DNA from: Eledone cirrhosa | Taxonomy: Eukaryota | DNA: 64,000 nucleotides | Direction of reading: 5' to 3' | Assembly (NCBI GenBank): GCA_964016885.1 | Contig: OZ024741.1 | Location: forward strand, 380,432,001 to 380,496,000 | In this document: piece by piece, positions 11,861 through 26,225 of the stretch | Position numbering within the stretch: the stretch's first letter is position 1 | How the letters are laid out: each line of letters starts with the position of its first letter | The notes under the pieces: model-generated | Databases searched by the model: none | The model's input: the letters and a program-made list of their open reading frames with translations, nothing else | Told to the model about the DNA's origin: nothing | Position numbers and translations under genes: made by a program

Positions 11861-12946
11861 ATCATAGCAGTAGTAGTGATGATGAAGATGATGATATGGA
11901 TTTTGGTATTGGTAGCTATAATAACAGTCATACTAGTGATAATGGCGAAGGAGTTACCTATGCTGGTAGTGAGAGTTTAGTGGTGTCAATAAAAGGAGCA
12001 GTGATTCACCATAGTGATTATGGTGGTTATGATAGAATTAATGATGATATCAACAAAGTGTTTAGCAATAATTTTGAAGATAACTACGATAATGGCACTA
12101 GTTTAGATGAAGTCTTCAGGCATTGAATAAAATAAAAATGTAAAAGTTACAGAAATTATATGAATTTGAAATTATTGTAATTAGATAATACTATTCTAAT
12201 TAGAAGGATTCCTAGCATTATATAGGGAAGGCAGTGGTAGTTTGTGTTGTTATATTTCTTGAAACGTAAAGTTTCCCTAGGCAGAATTTGAATTATGAAT
12301 GTGCAGAGTCATAACTAATTAGCACAAGGCACTTTTTTGTTGTCTTTCCTCAACTGATTCTAGCAATTAACTGCCATTGAAATGTTTGTCTTATAATATT
12401 TACCATTACTTAACAAGTTAGACTATTTGCAATCATTGTTTATGATCACTGTTATGTATGTTATTGGAGCATGTGGGTGTATGAAGTTAGTTGCTACTGA
12501 CAGGAATTTATAACATAAAATAATAGAAAATCATTGACATACTGGTTAGATAGCTTTTATAATAGTTTGTTGTTCATAGTAGGTTGAATAACAATAAGAT
12601 TACAAATACAGTCATAGAAATAGGAAGTGAAATCGTCCAAGAAGAATGTAATCATCTTTTTATAAATATATTTTTATAGTTTAGTCAGAAGAAAGAGACA
12701 AAGTCCATGACATTAGTAAAGTCTCTGAGAAGGGTGAGATTAATATGGTTGATGTGCAGGAAAACTATTCCAGAAGGTAGAGGATTGGGCAGTGTGGTTG
12801 GTGTGAGACATTAACGATGAAGGAAGTCAAGATGGGAGTTTCAAGATGGCCTGTGTATGCAAATAGCTCATTCAAAAAAGTAGATGATAACATATTGAGA
12901 ACACATTCCAAATATTAATGCAAAATACATTGGCTCTTATATAATA

Positions 12947-13886
12947 CTAGCAGTGGTACCCGGCGTTGCACGGGATAAGGTATTTTGGAATGCAGGCCAT
13001 CAACAGACCTAATCGTGGAAAAACTGCATGCATGTAGAGAAAATAAACCGAATACTCTGATGGCTGGATAATCTTTAAGATTTTCCTCGATGAAGCAGGA
13101 AAAATGCAAGTTTTCACCTAATGCGGGCCCTAGGGGATCAAGGAAATGAATTTTTTTTATGTGCATAATACGCCTTGAAATTTCGGGAAAATCGGCTAGA
13201 TGTAACGCCTCAAAAAAGCCATAACAAGCTGAAAAAATGAAGTTTTTCACCTAATGCAGGCCCTAGTCCATAAAAAGTTGGATTTTCTTTGCTCACGGTA
13301 TGAAGAAGAGACTGACTAATACATAGTTGCAATTTCAAGGAAATCAGTCTGACGTAATGACACAAAAAAAAACTAAAAACCTGAAAAAACGCAATGTTTC
13401 ACCTAATGCAGGCCCTATGGGGATCAAAAAGTTAAAGTTTTTTATGTGCAAAACACTCCCTGAAATATAAGTAATACACATGTAAAGTTGGAAAAAAGTC
13501 GGTTGGGTACTTCTCGAGTTTTAGGGATTCAAACTCACATACACACACACACATACACACACACACACGCACACAGACATCCTCAGGGAAGTGACGTAAT
13601 TCAGACAGTCAGACATACAGACAGATATTATAAGGGTGCAACGCTAAATGTATGTATCTATCCAAAAAGAGAAAGACTAAGAATTATAGAGAGAGATCGC
13701 TAAATCGCCTAATGCAGTCCGTAGGGCATTGAAAATTTGAAATTTGTTTTACTCACAACACCCCCTGAAACAAGTATTACATGTGTAAAGTTTGAAAACA
13801 GTCGGCTGGGTGGTTCTCGAGTTTTAGGGATTTAAACTCACACACACACAGACAGACATCCTCAGTTTTATATATATATATATAGA
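12947..13886 (-). mobile_element. Non-autonomous Helitron
   Basis: Minus strand starts A|TC at 13886 and ends with hairpin CCCGTGCAACGCCGGG followed by CTAG|T at 12947; no TSD; internal repeats. Confidence 0.88.
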
Positions 13887-14021
13887 TTATTGTCTGCAAT
13901 TGTGGAAAAATTACTTTAGACAGATATCACACCACAAAACAAAAACAATAAAATTGATTTTATGCTTAACAATTTTTTTTTTTTGTCACTTGCCAGACAG
14001 GTACTACACCAAAAATTATAA

Positions 14022-16320
14022 CTTTTTCTTCATCTTCTTTGCTCACTGATTACTGAGAGTGTCGTGGGGAGCAGAGTCCTCAGAAGGTCGTGTCAGAAGC
14101 AACTGTCTCCAGCTGATCTGGCTGAATCCCTAAATGAGACCAGCAAAGCTCATAGATTGTTGTCCAACCATCTACTCCTGGGTGTCCTGTAATATGTGTC
14201 CAGCAATTCTTGAGACATTCTAACCACATGTCCATAGTAGCAGCTCTAGCTGGAGTGACTCTGATCTCCAAGCTATGCACTCTGTCAAGTAACATTACAA
14301 TAAAAACCCTTTGGTGGAACTCTATTTCAGCTGCTTATATCCGTGATCATATTTTTGTCTGTCATTACCCAAGATTCATGACCATAGATAAGGTTGCGCA
14401 GGAATACCGAATTGAAGATAAGGATTATGGCTTTTACACCTACCTCCCTTCTTCTGATGCTGGCACATTACTGCCCACGATCCTGTAATTCTTGCACTTA
14501 ATTCAGCCTCCTGCCTCCCATACTCGAACATCTCCACCTGCTTCAGTGGAACACCATTCACATGTAGAGTGCACTGCGCATGCTTACTTAAGAAGATGAC
14601 TGTCTCAGTTTTTACAGTACTGATTTTCATTCCAGCCATGCAGCACTCGGCATCAAACCTATTGATTGCATGTCGGAAACCACCTTCTGTTGAATTAAGT
14701 GACACCATGTTGTCTGCAAATTCCAGCTGACTTATTTTATACCTGCCACCCATGATACCACTTCAATCCCGGCTGTGCATGTCAATCCTGTTCATGAAAA
14801 TAATGAACAGGAGAGGTGACAGTACACGCCCTTGGCGAAGTCTGAATCACACATTAAATGGTTTTGATTTAGCATCATTTAACCAAACACAAACAATTAG
14901 CAATTCATGTAGACATCAGGGCAGAAAATAATTGACCATTGATCCAATACTCCTGCACAACCTTCCACAGCAAATCCCGAGGCATGTGGTCATATGCCTT
15001 TTCCAGGACTATAAAATAAGAATATATGTCTTGGCGATACTCTGATTATTTCTTGAAAGACTTGCCAGAATCTGAAAATTTGGTCGGTTGTGCTGTGTCC
15101 AGGGCAAAAACCAAACTGTTTATCAGCAAGCTTGGAATCGAAATTAGTCACCAATCTCATGTAAATCAGAAGATGCTGTTGTGATTGGGCTTAGGAGATC
15201 AGCAAAGCATTCTCTCCACGTTGCGCGCGTGTACCTTTCTTTAGAGAGGAGAACCCCAGATGCAACCCTGATTGCAGGTGGGGAGGAGGATTTCTCATTA
15301 CAAAGTTGGCAGATGGTCTGCCAGAACACTTTATATTCTGATCTGAAGTCATAATCCAGCTTAACCCCAAAATCCTTCCAGGTGTTAACTTTGAACACCT
15401 TTACTGTCTCTGCTACATATTTTCAATCCTGCTTGTTCTTCAAGTTCAAGAAGGAGGACTTATTTCCAAGTCAAGCTTTGTAGGCTTCCTTCTTTGCTCA
15501 GATTGCATCTTGCCCTCTTGATTGGACCAAGAGGCCGTGCTGCTATCCAGCACCACACCAAGGCTCTTTTACCTGCAGCAACCCAGCATTTAATAGCTGA
15601 AGCACAAACTGCTGCTTTGAACAATCTCCATTCTGTCTCAACATCCTCAGTTTGCCTAGGGAGTTCTCTGAATTTGGATGCTATAGTATCTGCATATCTG
15701 GTCGTTCTTTATCCACCAGCGCATGCCACTATATCCTGTAGGTCACCTTGAACCTGTCAGTTTTGAGGATTTCCTTGGCTTTAGGTAGTCTCAAGTTGAG
15801 CAGTTGACAGCCAGCTTCTCTCTTAACACAAACATCCAGCATAAAATTGAAGAGATCAGAGACAATAACAAACTCAATTATTGATCTATGTCCCTGATTC
15901 CTCTTATACCATGTATATTTATAGATGTCTCTGTGCTGTAAGGTGTTCATAATAGAGAGTCCATCGCTACAACAGAAGTTTAATAAGGCCTCTCCATTTG
16001 TATTTATATTGGGGTCACCATTCCTTCCATCCACTCTTTTGCATGAGAAGTGGTCAATGGCAACAAGTGCATTGATGTTTCTCATCAGGATATATGACTC
16101 AGTCCTAACTATATCTCAGACTGCACTGACTTCATCAATGAAGGAACTGTATTCAGACTCCTTGTTTGGTGCATAAACTTGAACCACCCACAGGGACGTA
16201 TATTTCAGCCTAAGCTTCAAAACGCAGTTCCTCCCTCTTACTGGGATCCCGTCCATAACACATTCTCACAGCTGGGGCTTGTGTCTGTCCCCACTCCTGC
16301 CTGTGCATTCATTTCTGGCA
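14022..16320 (-). mobile_element. Decayed RTE LINE, second family (endonuclease, RT and 3' end)
   Basis: FADNMV (F/YADD), GMKISTVKTE, KAYDHMPR, NGEALLNFC..LSIMNT..KYTWY; homologous to 43247-46170. Confidence 0.88.
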
Positions 16321-17951
16321 CTATGGCTAAATATATTTCTAAATAGGATAATATACAGGCAACACACATAGTTTGCTGAATCATTACTAATACAATACTG
16401 ATAGTAATTTTGTACTTTCCAATCAGGCTGAAAGTGAAATCAATGCTAGCAAGAGGAGAGTGAGGCTAAATTTTGTACTTCATTCAGGTCATGTGACTAA
16501 ATGTTGCTCATAGGATCTGACTTTGGCTTGGTTCTCTATCGCCCTCATGAATTTGGTATTAGGCCCTTCCTAATACCAAATTCATCACAGAGTTTACTAG
16601 TAGCATTTTTCATGGCAACACCACTATCACCTTACAGGGTAGACCAGGTGTTTCTTTTGTGGCACTCATGCGACCAGATTTCAAGGTTGACTGAGCATCT
16701 ATATGCTTATTTGACCCACTAGAAATTGCAACTAGATTACATTTGATTTACACAAGATCGCTGTTGCTGGAATACATTTTATGTTGCATTTTTTTTTTTC
16801 AGCTAATCATTGTTAAACAAGCATTACAAATACACATAAACTATCCCACCCTATCAAACATATTGTAGTATAATCAACACAGATTGGGTTAGTCTATGTG
16901 ACAAAATCCTTAGAGCATAGAACAAGTTACCTTGTGATATTTTCTTATTGCCCTTTACTTTCTGAGTTCAAATCCTACCAAGGTTAACTTTGCATTTCAT
17001 TCTTCTTGGGTCAATAAAACAACCACAAGCCAATTACTTGACCCATATAATGAATTCTGCAATTCCCTCAATATTTAATTATTTATAATGAACTAACTCT
17101 TTAAAATAAGATATGCTTGACTACACACCTTATGTGGTAGACTTAATCTGGCATGCAGTATAATAATGTGGCTGAAACCACCTTTGCTTCTACGATACAA
17201 AATTGCTTGTTTCAAAATGTTCATAGTTTCATGTAAAACATTTTTTATGTTCCAAATACCCGATTAATATGAAGAAAATTAAATATATCGCTACATTTTT
17301 ACAAATTTTTATTTTTAAAATTCAGTTGAAAACACGTTGCCAATGTCTTACAGAAATATAGTCAGGAAAGTGTTAATTCATACACATCACCCTTGTGTGC
17401 CTTTATCAAAGTTCACTTTGTTCTAAGCATTAGTCTCTGGCTGGAGGATGCCTTGCACATTTCGTTTCACCTGTACACAAGACATATTAAATTCAGCATT
17501 TCTCAACATTTATACCCTTGTGGAACCATTGAAATAGTTTTCCTGTCTTAAGAACCCATGCATTAAAATTATTATATACTATTCATCACCATCATCATCA
17601 TCATCATCGTTTAACGTCCATCTTCCACGCTTGCATGGGTTTGGAGGATTATTAATATTTATTTATTGTTTCTATTTCATTTAGAACCTTAGTCTTCCAA
17701 GGATCACTGTTTGAGAAATTCTGTATTAATTTATTTGTTCAAGTAAGTTTCACAAACCTATTTCAAAGTGTACTGCTTGATAATATATACATATTGGATA
17801 TTTTATTTTTCATTTTTATTTATAAATTATTTTTACTCATTTTTTTGCAAAATGTTTAACTGACAAGACAGTTAATCATACATGACTAAGACAGCTGGAT
17901 GTATTTTTTCTTGTGACTAACCAGTCTCTACATTCAATTTAATTCATATTG

Positions 17952-17952
<1 letters not shown>

Positions 17953-18033
<81 letters not shown>
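17953..18033. repeat. (CA)n microsatellite
   Basis: Seen directly. Confidence 0.98.
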
Positions 18034-18041
<8 letters not shown>

Positions 18042-18276
18042 GAAGGCAAATATATTCCTTGAGTTAGCATAATTTCAAGGTATATTGATAGCGTTGTGAA
18101 TATGTTTCCTTTATGTCAGTGTAATTAAATTAAAAAAATTATTCAATAAATCAATATGAAGTTCAGATTTTTATGATTATTTCAGTGATTTCCCACTAGA
18201 ATAACTGCTTATTGGAGTGTGTATGAGAATTATTAATACATTTTTCTTGCAACATACTCATACATGCATATATCTG

Positions 18277-18360
<84 letters not shown>

Positions 18361-19419
18361 TATAGATATATAGATATATAGATATATATATATACATATT
18401 TGCTATGTTTGAAAATATATAACATACAAATAGAAAAGCCACAATGGCTCAGATTGAAATTTACCTGTAAATGTAACATAATTGTTTATAATGAGGGCAT
18501 TTTTATTTCGGGAGAAGATTATTGAAAATTACTGTTCATGCAAGAATATTTTTCCTTTTTTTGTATGAGTTTTCATAGCATACCAGTGTCTAATGCAGTG
18601 TGCCAGAAATATATGCTTCGTAAATATAGTGTACCACTTGCATTAATTGTGTAAATACCGTGCATATATAAGAATACAGAAAAACAATTTTAATTAATTT
18701 GAAAATACTATTTAAAATAATATTCTATATTTTTCTTGAAATTCTTATGTTTTAGACAAATACTGTGTTTTAGACTAATCAGATGATGTATACTTTAGAG
18801 AATATTATATATTCTCAAGAGTTCTAGTGTGTAGTAGAAAAGGGAGAGATACACTATCTTCATGAGGGGCAATAACCATGACACAATTGTTGATTGTTTC
18901 TCTCTGCTACTGCTAGAACAAATGGATAATGATAATTGTTTAAAACACATAGCATTAGCAGGTTGTATATTAATAAGGTTATTATATATATGTATATCAA
19001 AGGTATATATTGAGTTAGGAACTCAAAATAGTCTCTTACAACAAAATAGCTCTAAGACTAAGAAAGATATATTTCCGAGCCGTATATTATAATTGAATAT
19101 GATGATCATAAATTGGTAATTCTATTCTGATGACCTTGAATTGGTAATTCTATTCACAATTAAGATTGCGAAACAGCACCAAGTTGTCTGGGTGATTGGT
19201 AGTTACCACAATTCCGGTTTGTATTTATTTTCTTGATTTTTTTCTTAAATTGAGACAAGGAAACCCAATTGTCTATAGTTAGTATTCTTTTCACCTTAGC
19301 GAATGGTCCCTTACGATTTGAACTCTTATATGTATATATCTGTGTTCATTTTTCTTTTATATTCAATTATAATTATATATATATATATATATACATCCCG
19401 GAATAACTTATATATATAT

Positions 19420-20170
19420 ACAGTCCATGCTGTAATGTGGCCGTGTAGGCAACACGGTAAAAACCTCCCAGTTCCACACTGTAAATGTGGTTGGTGTTAG
19501 GAAGGGCATCCAGCCGTAGAAAACCCGCCAGACAGTCCTATGCGAGCAAGACAACCTCAAGTGGGAAAACCCCCGTCCAAACCCATGCAAGCGTGGAATA
19601 TGGACGTTAAACGATGATGATGATGATGATGATCATCATCATCATCATCATCACCGTTTTTCGTCCTTTCTTCCATGCTAGGATGGGTTAAATGGGTTGT
19701 TCTGTTGTGGGCAATGTTAGGTCGGCTGACCTTGTCTTGCTCATACAGGAACTGATTCTGGCTTGATTTCTATAGCCGGATGCCCTTCCTAACACCAGCC
19801 TCATTTTCAGTGAGTGCTGGGTGCTTTTTTCCGTGGCGCCTACACGACCACTCTTCAGTGTAGTCTGGGTGTTTTTTTGTCGTGACACCTCCACGACCAT
19901 TTTACAGTGTGTGTTGGGGGGTGGGGGTCATGTATTGTCTATATGCTTCGGCTTTGGCTTGTTCCCTTGGGAAGACGGGTCTTCTGTATTACTATGTGAC
20001 ACAGAGGTCACGATCCTGCGTCATCGCTGTTGAGAGGTGCAATTGGGCAAGTTTCGCTTTTATCACCTCATCCTAGGTACTCTTGGGTCCCTCCACTTCA
20101 TGGATTCCATCAACCTTTAGTGCTCTGCACCTTTTTATGCAGCTGTCAGCCTTCATACGCATCACATTTA
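19420..20170. mobile_element. Two RTE 3' ends joined tail to tail at a (GAT)n/(CAT)n junction near 19633
   Basis: Left copy on +, right copy on -, both carry the GGATGCCCTTCCTAACACC motif. Confidence 0.8.
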
Positions 20171-20244
20171 TACATAATGATGTTCATCAAGCATGAGTTT
20201 TCATGTGGGGTTGCATCCTTATTTTGGCAGTTGCACAGTACTCC

Positions 20245-20700
20245 ATTCTAGGGATGGGTTTCAGAGGTAATTGATTTATTTTGTTTTGTCATATTAGTGT
20301 TGGCTATGTTCCTAGTTAAGTTATGTGTAGTGGAATAGGAGAGTCTAATTGTGTTCCTATTAAAGGCAGTGTAGTACCAATTTTATGTGGGAAAGTGTTT
20401 GTTTAATAATTTAAAGAAGCTCCTAGCTATTGATGTTGACACAGCTCTTTTGAAGTGGGGTTGTACCAGCTAATTAGCCTATGCCTATTTTTCTTATGGT
20501 TCCAACTGTGCTGTCTAAGTAGGTAATCTTTTCTTTAAAGCTGCTGCAAGCAAGAGCCTCATTGTAGTAGGGTTAGATGCTTTACAGGTGTCTTCATTGG
20601 CAGAGAGACCTGAAATTCTAAGTGAAACACTTCTTACTAGGTTTTAATTATTGTGGGGTGTTTGGAGTTAACGTCTATATTCATTAGGTCTGTGGTTACA
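20245..20700 (-). mobile_element. Decayed PLE fragment (RT thumb/linker)
   Basis: Minus translation ISWY.P..RAVSTSIARSFFKLLNKHFP..AFNRNTIRLSYSTT.NL, homologous to the ORF at 63148-63597. Confidence 0.8.
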
Positions 20701-23700
20701 GTAGTAGAGGGAAGTTTCTAACTCATTGACACCAAAAATTCTTTGGCCAGAGCCTGACAATTATCAGTCACTCATAAACTTCTTTTGTATAGATATATGT
20801 TTAGAATAATTGAACCCTTCAAAAGTGTGGTGGTTCGTGTGTATGTGTATGTGTACGTGAGTGTGAATATGAATTTTGACTTTTATCTGAGTCCTTATAT
20901 TATGGTGTATATATCTAACATTCTGCAGAATTAGCTCTGGTGTGTCTTGTGTTCAAGACACACATTACTTATACATGTTTCAAGAGAGTTATTTATCGAA
21001 TTATTGGAAGAATGTTGTGTGGAATTGGTATATTCACGATTTATACAATTAAAATGATATACAGATATAATTTGTACTTCTCCATTTTCAAAGGATTTGA
21101 AACAACTTATTGAATTGCAACAGGGTATATCCGAAATTCAATTCCTTTATACATGATAGAGAACATCAAGTCTACATTTTTAAATCTTCTGACGATGTAG
21201 AAGTACAAATTATATCTGTACAAACTTTTGTATGTATAGATCTTGATTATATAAATTTCACATAACATTCTTCTAAACATTTGATGTGTTACTATCTTGA
21301 AAAATGTGAGGAATTAAACATGATTTAAAAGCTAATTCTTCCATCTAGATATTTGTTTATATGTGCTCTGTGTATATGTCTGCTATTCCAATTTTTTCCC
21401 ACTAACTTATCATCAGACCAATAATATATAAACACACAGAGCTAATTCTGTTTACATTTAAAATTCATAATACTCTTAAAGCTCCTTAAAAACATACAAT
21501 TGTGTATGCCTGTATATGTGTGTGTGTGTATGTATACACACAATTTATGCATAATTATATTTATAAAAGTAAATATTAGCTAAATTTATGAATGAGTTAT
21601 GAATGAGTTTATATATTTTCCTGTAAAATATGATGGTTATTTTAAAGGAAATGTAGCGATGTTGATTTTTAATACTAACGATAAGGCTGAGAGACACACC
21701 CTAGAGTCGTGCTCTACATATTAAATACCAATAGGTTTGGGACTAGCATATGGAAAGTAACAAGCTGAAAAGTCTAAATTAAAGCATCCATTTCAATTTG
21801 CATTGTCTATATTGACCATACATTTCAATCAACTGAGATCATTGTAGGTATTTGGCTTGCTTAATGTTTTTAGATTTCAAAATCCCGCTAGAGAGACTAT
21901 TTCTATAGAAATTTCTTTGATGAAATAAGGTATTTTTATTTAGAATGCAGAATACATCCCTAAGGCACACTCCCTCTGCTATATTGTTCGTATTCCTTAT
22001 TAGCATCATATTCCCTCTATCATATATATATATAGCAAGTTCCTGGCTTTAAGGGTGTCAGGAGAGGGTAGAGCTGTTACCTTTACAGGGGAGGTGGGAC
22101 GAATATTTAGGAAAAGATATGCAAAAGATCCTGATGGTACCCAAGATATATTTCACGGTTTTGCAGATTTAATGCATCATGGCTGTTCTTGCAGTAGAAT
22201 TTGGAAAAATTAAAGCACTGAAGGTCATAAAATTACTTTTCTTTTGTCTGAATTCCCTTATAGTCGAGTAAAATAGGTAGGTGCTAGCTGCTTTTTCTAG
22301 CAAATGTGTTACTCACTAAACGTCCAGCGTTTACCTTCATTCTGTGACAGCTATACCACGTGATCATCCTCCCACCTGAGTATTGTTCACTTGTAACGAT
22401 CAGTTCACGAATTAGTTCTTTCACTTTAGGGGTCTCTTGAGAAGCCGACAGTCTCACATCTCTGGTGCACGTTTATTGCATTATTGCTGCAACCAATTGG
22501 TGAAACTGCAGTCGGGACTTTGTAGAAAAAAATTATTCATATATTATCTAAAATTTATTTATTTCATGTCCAGCCTTCCTCATGGTTATACAGTACATCT
22601 GCAGAAGCTCCAAATGCTTCAGATAGTCAAACATTTAAACCAAGTAACATAAACCAACTAATCAAGTCACTTGTTCCTTTTCTCGGCATATAGAGAATGT
22701 GAAAATGTGAAAAAGATGTCAAGCAGCTTTACTCAAAACAATAATTTCCAAAGAGAGAATGAATTTAAGATATCTCATTTCTAAAATTTTTCAGAAATTA
22801 GGTCCAATCATTTATCATTATGACTCAAACCCAATGTTAATTTCCTTCCATTTATGAATTCAATACAAAAGCAGAGATGAACGATTTTGCAAAATTTAAA
22901 CAAATGACAAATCAGGAGAAACTGAATGACATTAGGATACATTTGTCATCCATTATTTAACCCTTTTGATATGAAACTGGCTGAAATTAACCTTCCTTCT
23001 ATAGTAGTTTTTAGTTTTAGATTTTTTTTATATTCATATAAAAGTTTCCATCAGAATTTTATGTACAAACAATATGCTCTAAACACCAGCTTATTAATGA
23101 GGAAGTTAAATATATTACTATGTCCCTCCATATTTTTATGAATTTCAACATAGTTTGAAAATCATAGGCAGTATCTTTCAATATACGTAAATAACATCAT
23201 TATTGCTCCAATCAGTATACTAACCCTCAGAAAATACCCTAAAGTGAACGCCAACCTGTACGCATAACTCCTGCCAAACAAACTGTAATCCCCCATCAGA
23301 ATTCGACGAATCAAACATAGACCATCCATTCTCCCAAGCTTGGCTTACGCAACCACACATTAATAGCCACCTGACAGGGGAAGACAGATATTGTTCAGCT
23401 ACAATTGTATTATTATATATGGTAATGGAAGGATAAGAAACACCATGATAACTTTTGATAACGAACACCATGAAACGACCTTTGGTTTTATGATACAAGA
23501 ATGCCTGATTTAGCGAATTCATACATATATTAAAACATTCATACATATATTAAAACATTCAATCATAATTTTATACGAGAGCGTTTTATTAAGAAATGCA
23601 TCAAACACTAAAATTACTACTGAATAAAAGTAAGTTTACTGAATTCTACCAATTGTTATTTTTCATTCAAATGAAACACATTTTATGAGCAATATGATAA

Positions 23701-24038
23701 CAGATAGGTTTCAAAAATCTCTAAGAACTCCAAGAGCCTTGATTTCTTCATATTTCTTTGACCATTCCCATACCTGCTATTTACACAGGAGAACCCATCA
23801 TTGCATTAATTAACCTGTCTATTAAACTCACTAACTGAGATGTTGAGGCTGCTATCGTTTGTTATAGATGAGGACCTTATATATATGTCCACCTATTCAT
23901 TTACCAGCGCTGCTTGTGGTGTGCATGAGGAAAGAACAGTAGTTATTGTTTTGCCAATGTGTTGACGAAGTTTAATTATTCTATTCTACTACATTGCAAC
24001 CACCTCAATTACATTAATTATCCATTTCCCAACAAGAA

Positions 24039-24165
<127 letters not shown>

Positions 24166-24325
24166 GAATTAGTAAATTTGTATTCCAATGTGACTAAGTA
24201 GTTGCATTGGATGGAGTCAACCGACGTCAGAGATTGCTCAACGTATAATAAAGTGTGTTTTAAAATCCGGAGAAAATATGGAGAAGAAGTTTATGAAATG
24301 GAAATGCGGGTATACAGAATTTATT

Positions 24326-24442
24326 AGGTAGAAATTGTTTCTATAGTGTATGGGTTAACTATACCTCGCTATTTGAATAATATAAAAATATTATCATAAA
24401 CCGAAGGTACAATGTAAGCAAACACACCATGTCGTCAGACCT
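24326..24442 (-). ncRNA. HHR with very long stem II (left-arm copy)
   Basis: AGGT-CTGACGA...GAAACAATTTCT-ACCT; stem III mutated. Confidence 0.55.
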
Positions 24443-26064
24443 TTGTATTGGAATGATATGAAAATATTTTATACACTAGATAAAAGAGAAAGAAGGAGGT
24501 AGGAAGAGAAGGGGAAGAGGGAAGTGAGTAAGGTGGAGGGAGTCTTAGGATTTAAGACTGTCAGACTAGCAGAGATTGTAAGGAGAGAATGTTTTGGCAG
24601 CAGTTAGCTTAATGAGGCGTGTTAGGGTTGGCGGGGGAAGTAAATTCTTCTAGTGGTGTTGTTCGGACAAAATTTAGTTAAAGGGGTCCAAGTGGTACAG
24701 TGTCACAGACAAGTTATTGGGGCTATTATAGTAGCAGGTTATTTCTAAAGGGGCCCAGAAAACAGTGTTTAGTACTATTATTATAGAAAGCCATATCTTG
24801 TGTATAAACATATAAAACAGAAATTTGCAAACGGTGGTGTAAAAAGGTAACATTATATGCATTTAAAAAAAGAAAAAGTCGTTTTCAAACGATGGTTACA
24901 GTATAGAGAACGTTCAATTTTGCTGTTCAAAAGTTTGTTTACCGACATTAAAATGCAGTATATCTACAAATTGCATAACTTGCAGAATCGATGATTTTGC
25001 TGATATGCAGGCGCATCGGCAATAATTTGCCAATCAAGGGAGAATGCTTGATTGTTCCTCCGGAGCTGCCAGGCTTTATCGGCGAGGGTTGTTACGGAGC
25101 GCATTTTCTCGTGCCTGATCGAAGATCGATGTTGGTATAGGCGAGCCTTGAAAGAAGTTGCGGTACATCCGACGTAATACCATTTGTTGGTTCCGGAATT
25201 TATTGTACATCGGTAGACGATATTGCGTGCTAGGCACTGGTTATTCAGTGAGCACGTACCTGGTTTGGTGCAGTTACAATTAATTTTATGTTTTGCAGTA
25301 GAATCCTGGATAGTTTGGTGGGGTTGTAGTTGCGTGTTAGTGCGTTGTATGTTGCTATGCTGGTGCGTTGAATCATTAGGGATCTACTTATTTAGTATTG
25401 CTGAGTTGAGTTTTTTAATTAGTTGTTCTATGTTAGGTGCAGTGGAGTATGAGAGTCTAATCGTGCGCGGGTTAAAGATTTTATAGTATTTATGTGAAGT
25501 TGTAAAGTGTTTATTGATTAGTGTATAGAATTGTGAGATAATCTTAGTGCTAATAGAAGAATTGTACACGGGGTTATACCATATGTACTCTCTACGTTCT
25601 CTATACTGTAACCATCGTTTGAAAACGACTTTTTCTTTTTTTAAATGCATATAATATTACCTTTTTACACCACCGTTTGCAAATTTCTGTTTTATATGTT
25701 TATACACAAGATATGGCTTTCTATAATAATGGTACTAAACACTGTTTTCTGGACCCCTTTAGAAATAACCTGCTACTATAATAGCCCCAATAACTTGTCT
25801 GTGACACTGCAGCACTTGGACCCCTTTAACTAAATTTTGTCCGAACAACACCACTAGAAGAATTTACTTCCCCCGCCAACCCTAACACGCCTCATTAAGC
25901 TAACTGCTGCCAAAACATTCTCTCCTTACAATCTCTACTAGTCTGACAGTCTTAAATCCTAAGACTCCCTCCACCTTACTCACTTCCCTCTTCCCCTTCT
26001 CTTCCTACCTCCTTCTTTCTCTTTTATCAAGTGTATAAAATATTTTCATATCATTCCAATACAA

Positions 26065-26181
26065 AGATCTGACGACATGGTGTGTTTGCTTACAGTGTAC
26101 CTTCGGTTTATGATAATATTTTTATATTATTCAAATAGCGAGGTATAGGTAACCCATACACTATAGAAACAATTGTTACCT
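26065..26181 (+). ncRNA. HHR with about 90 nt stem II
   Basis: CTGACGA 26069-26075; nested pairs ATGGTGTGT/ATACACTAT, TGTACCT-CG/CGAGGTATA, ATAATAT/ATATTAT; then GAAAC-AATT-GTT-ACCT. Confidence 0.7.
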
Positions 26182-26225
26182 AATAAATTCTGTATACCCG
26201 CATTTCCATTTCATAAACTTCTTCT

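Noticed and set aside
12680-12918. Plus-strand host exon
   Set aside because: Internal stop codon, no recognisable homology and ambiguous splice signals
13111-13725. CRISPR-like spaced repeats
   Set aside because: Irregular spacing, homologous spacers, eukaryotic context and location inside a Helitron; no cas genes
22300-23550. DNA transposase remnant
   Set aside because: Slightly GC-richer sequence, but no DDE motif or TIR could be identified
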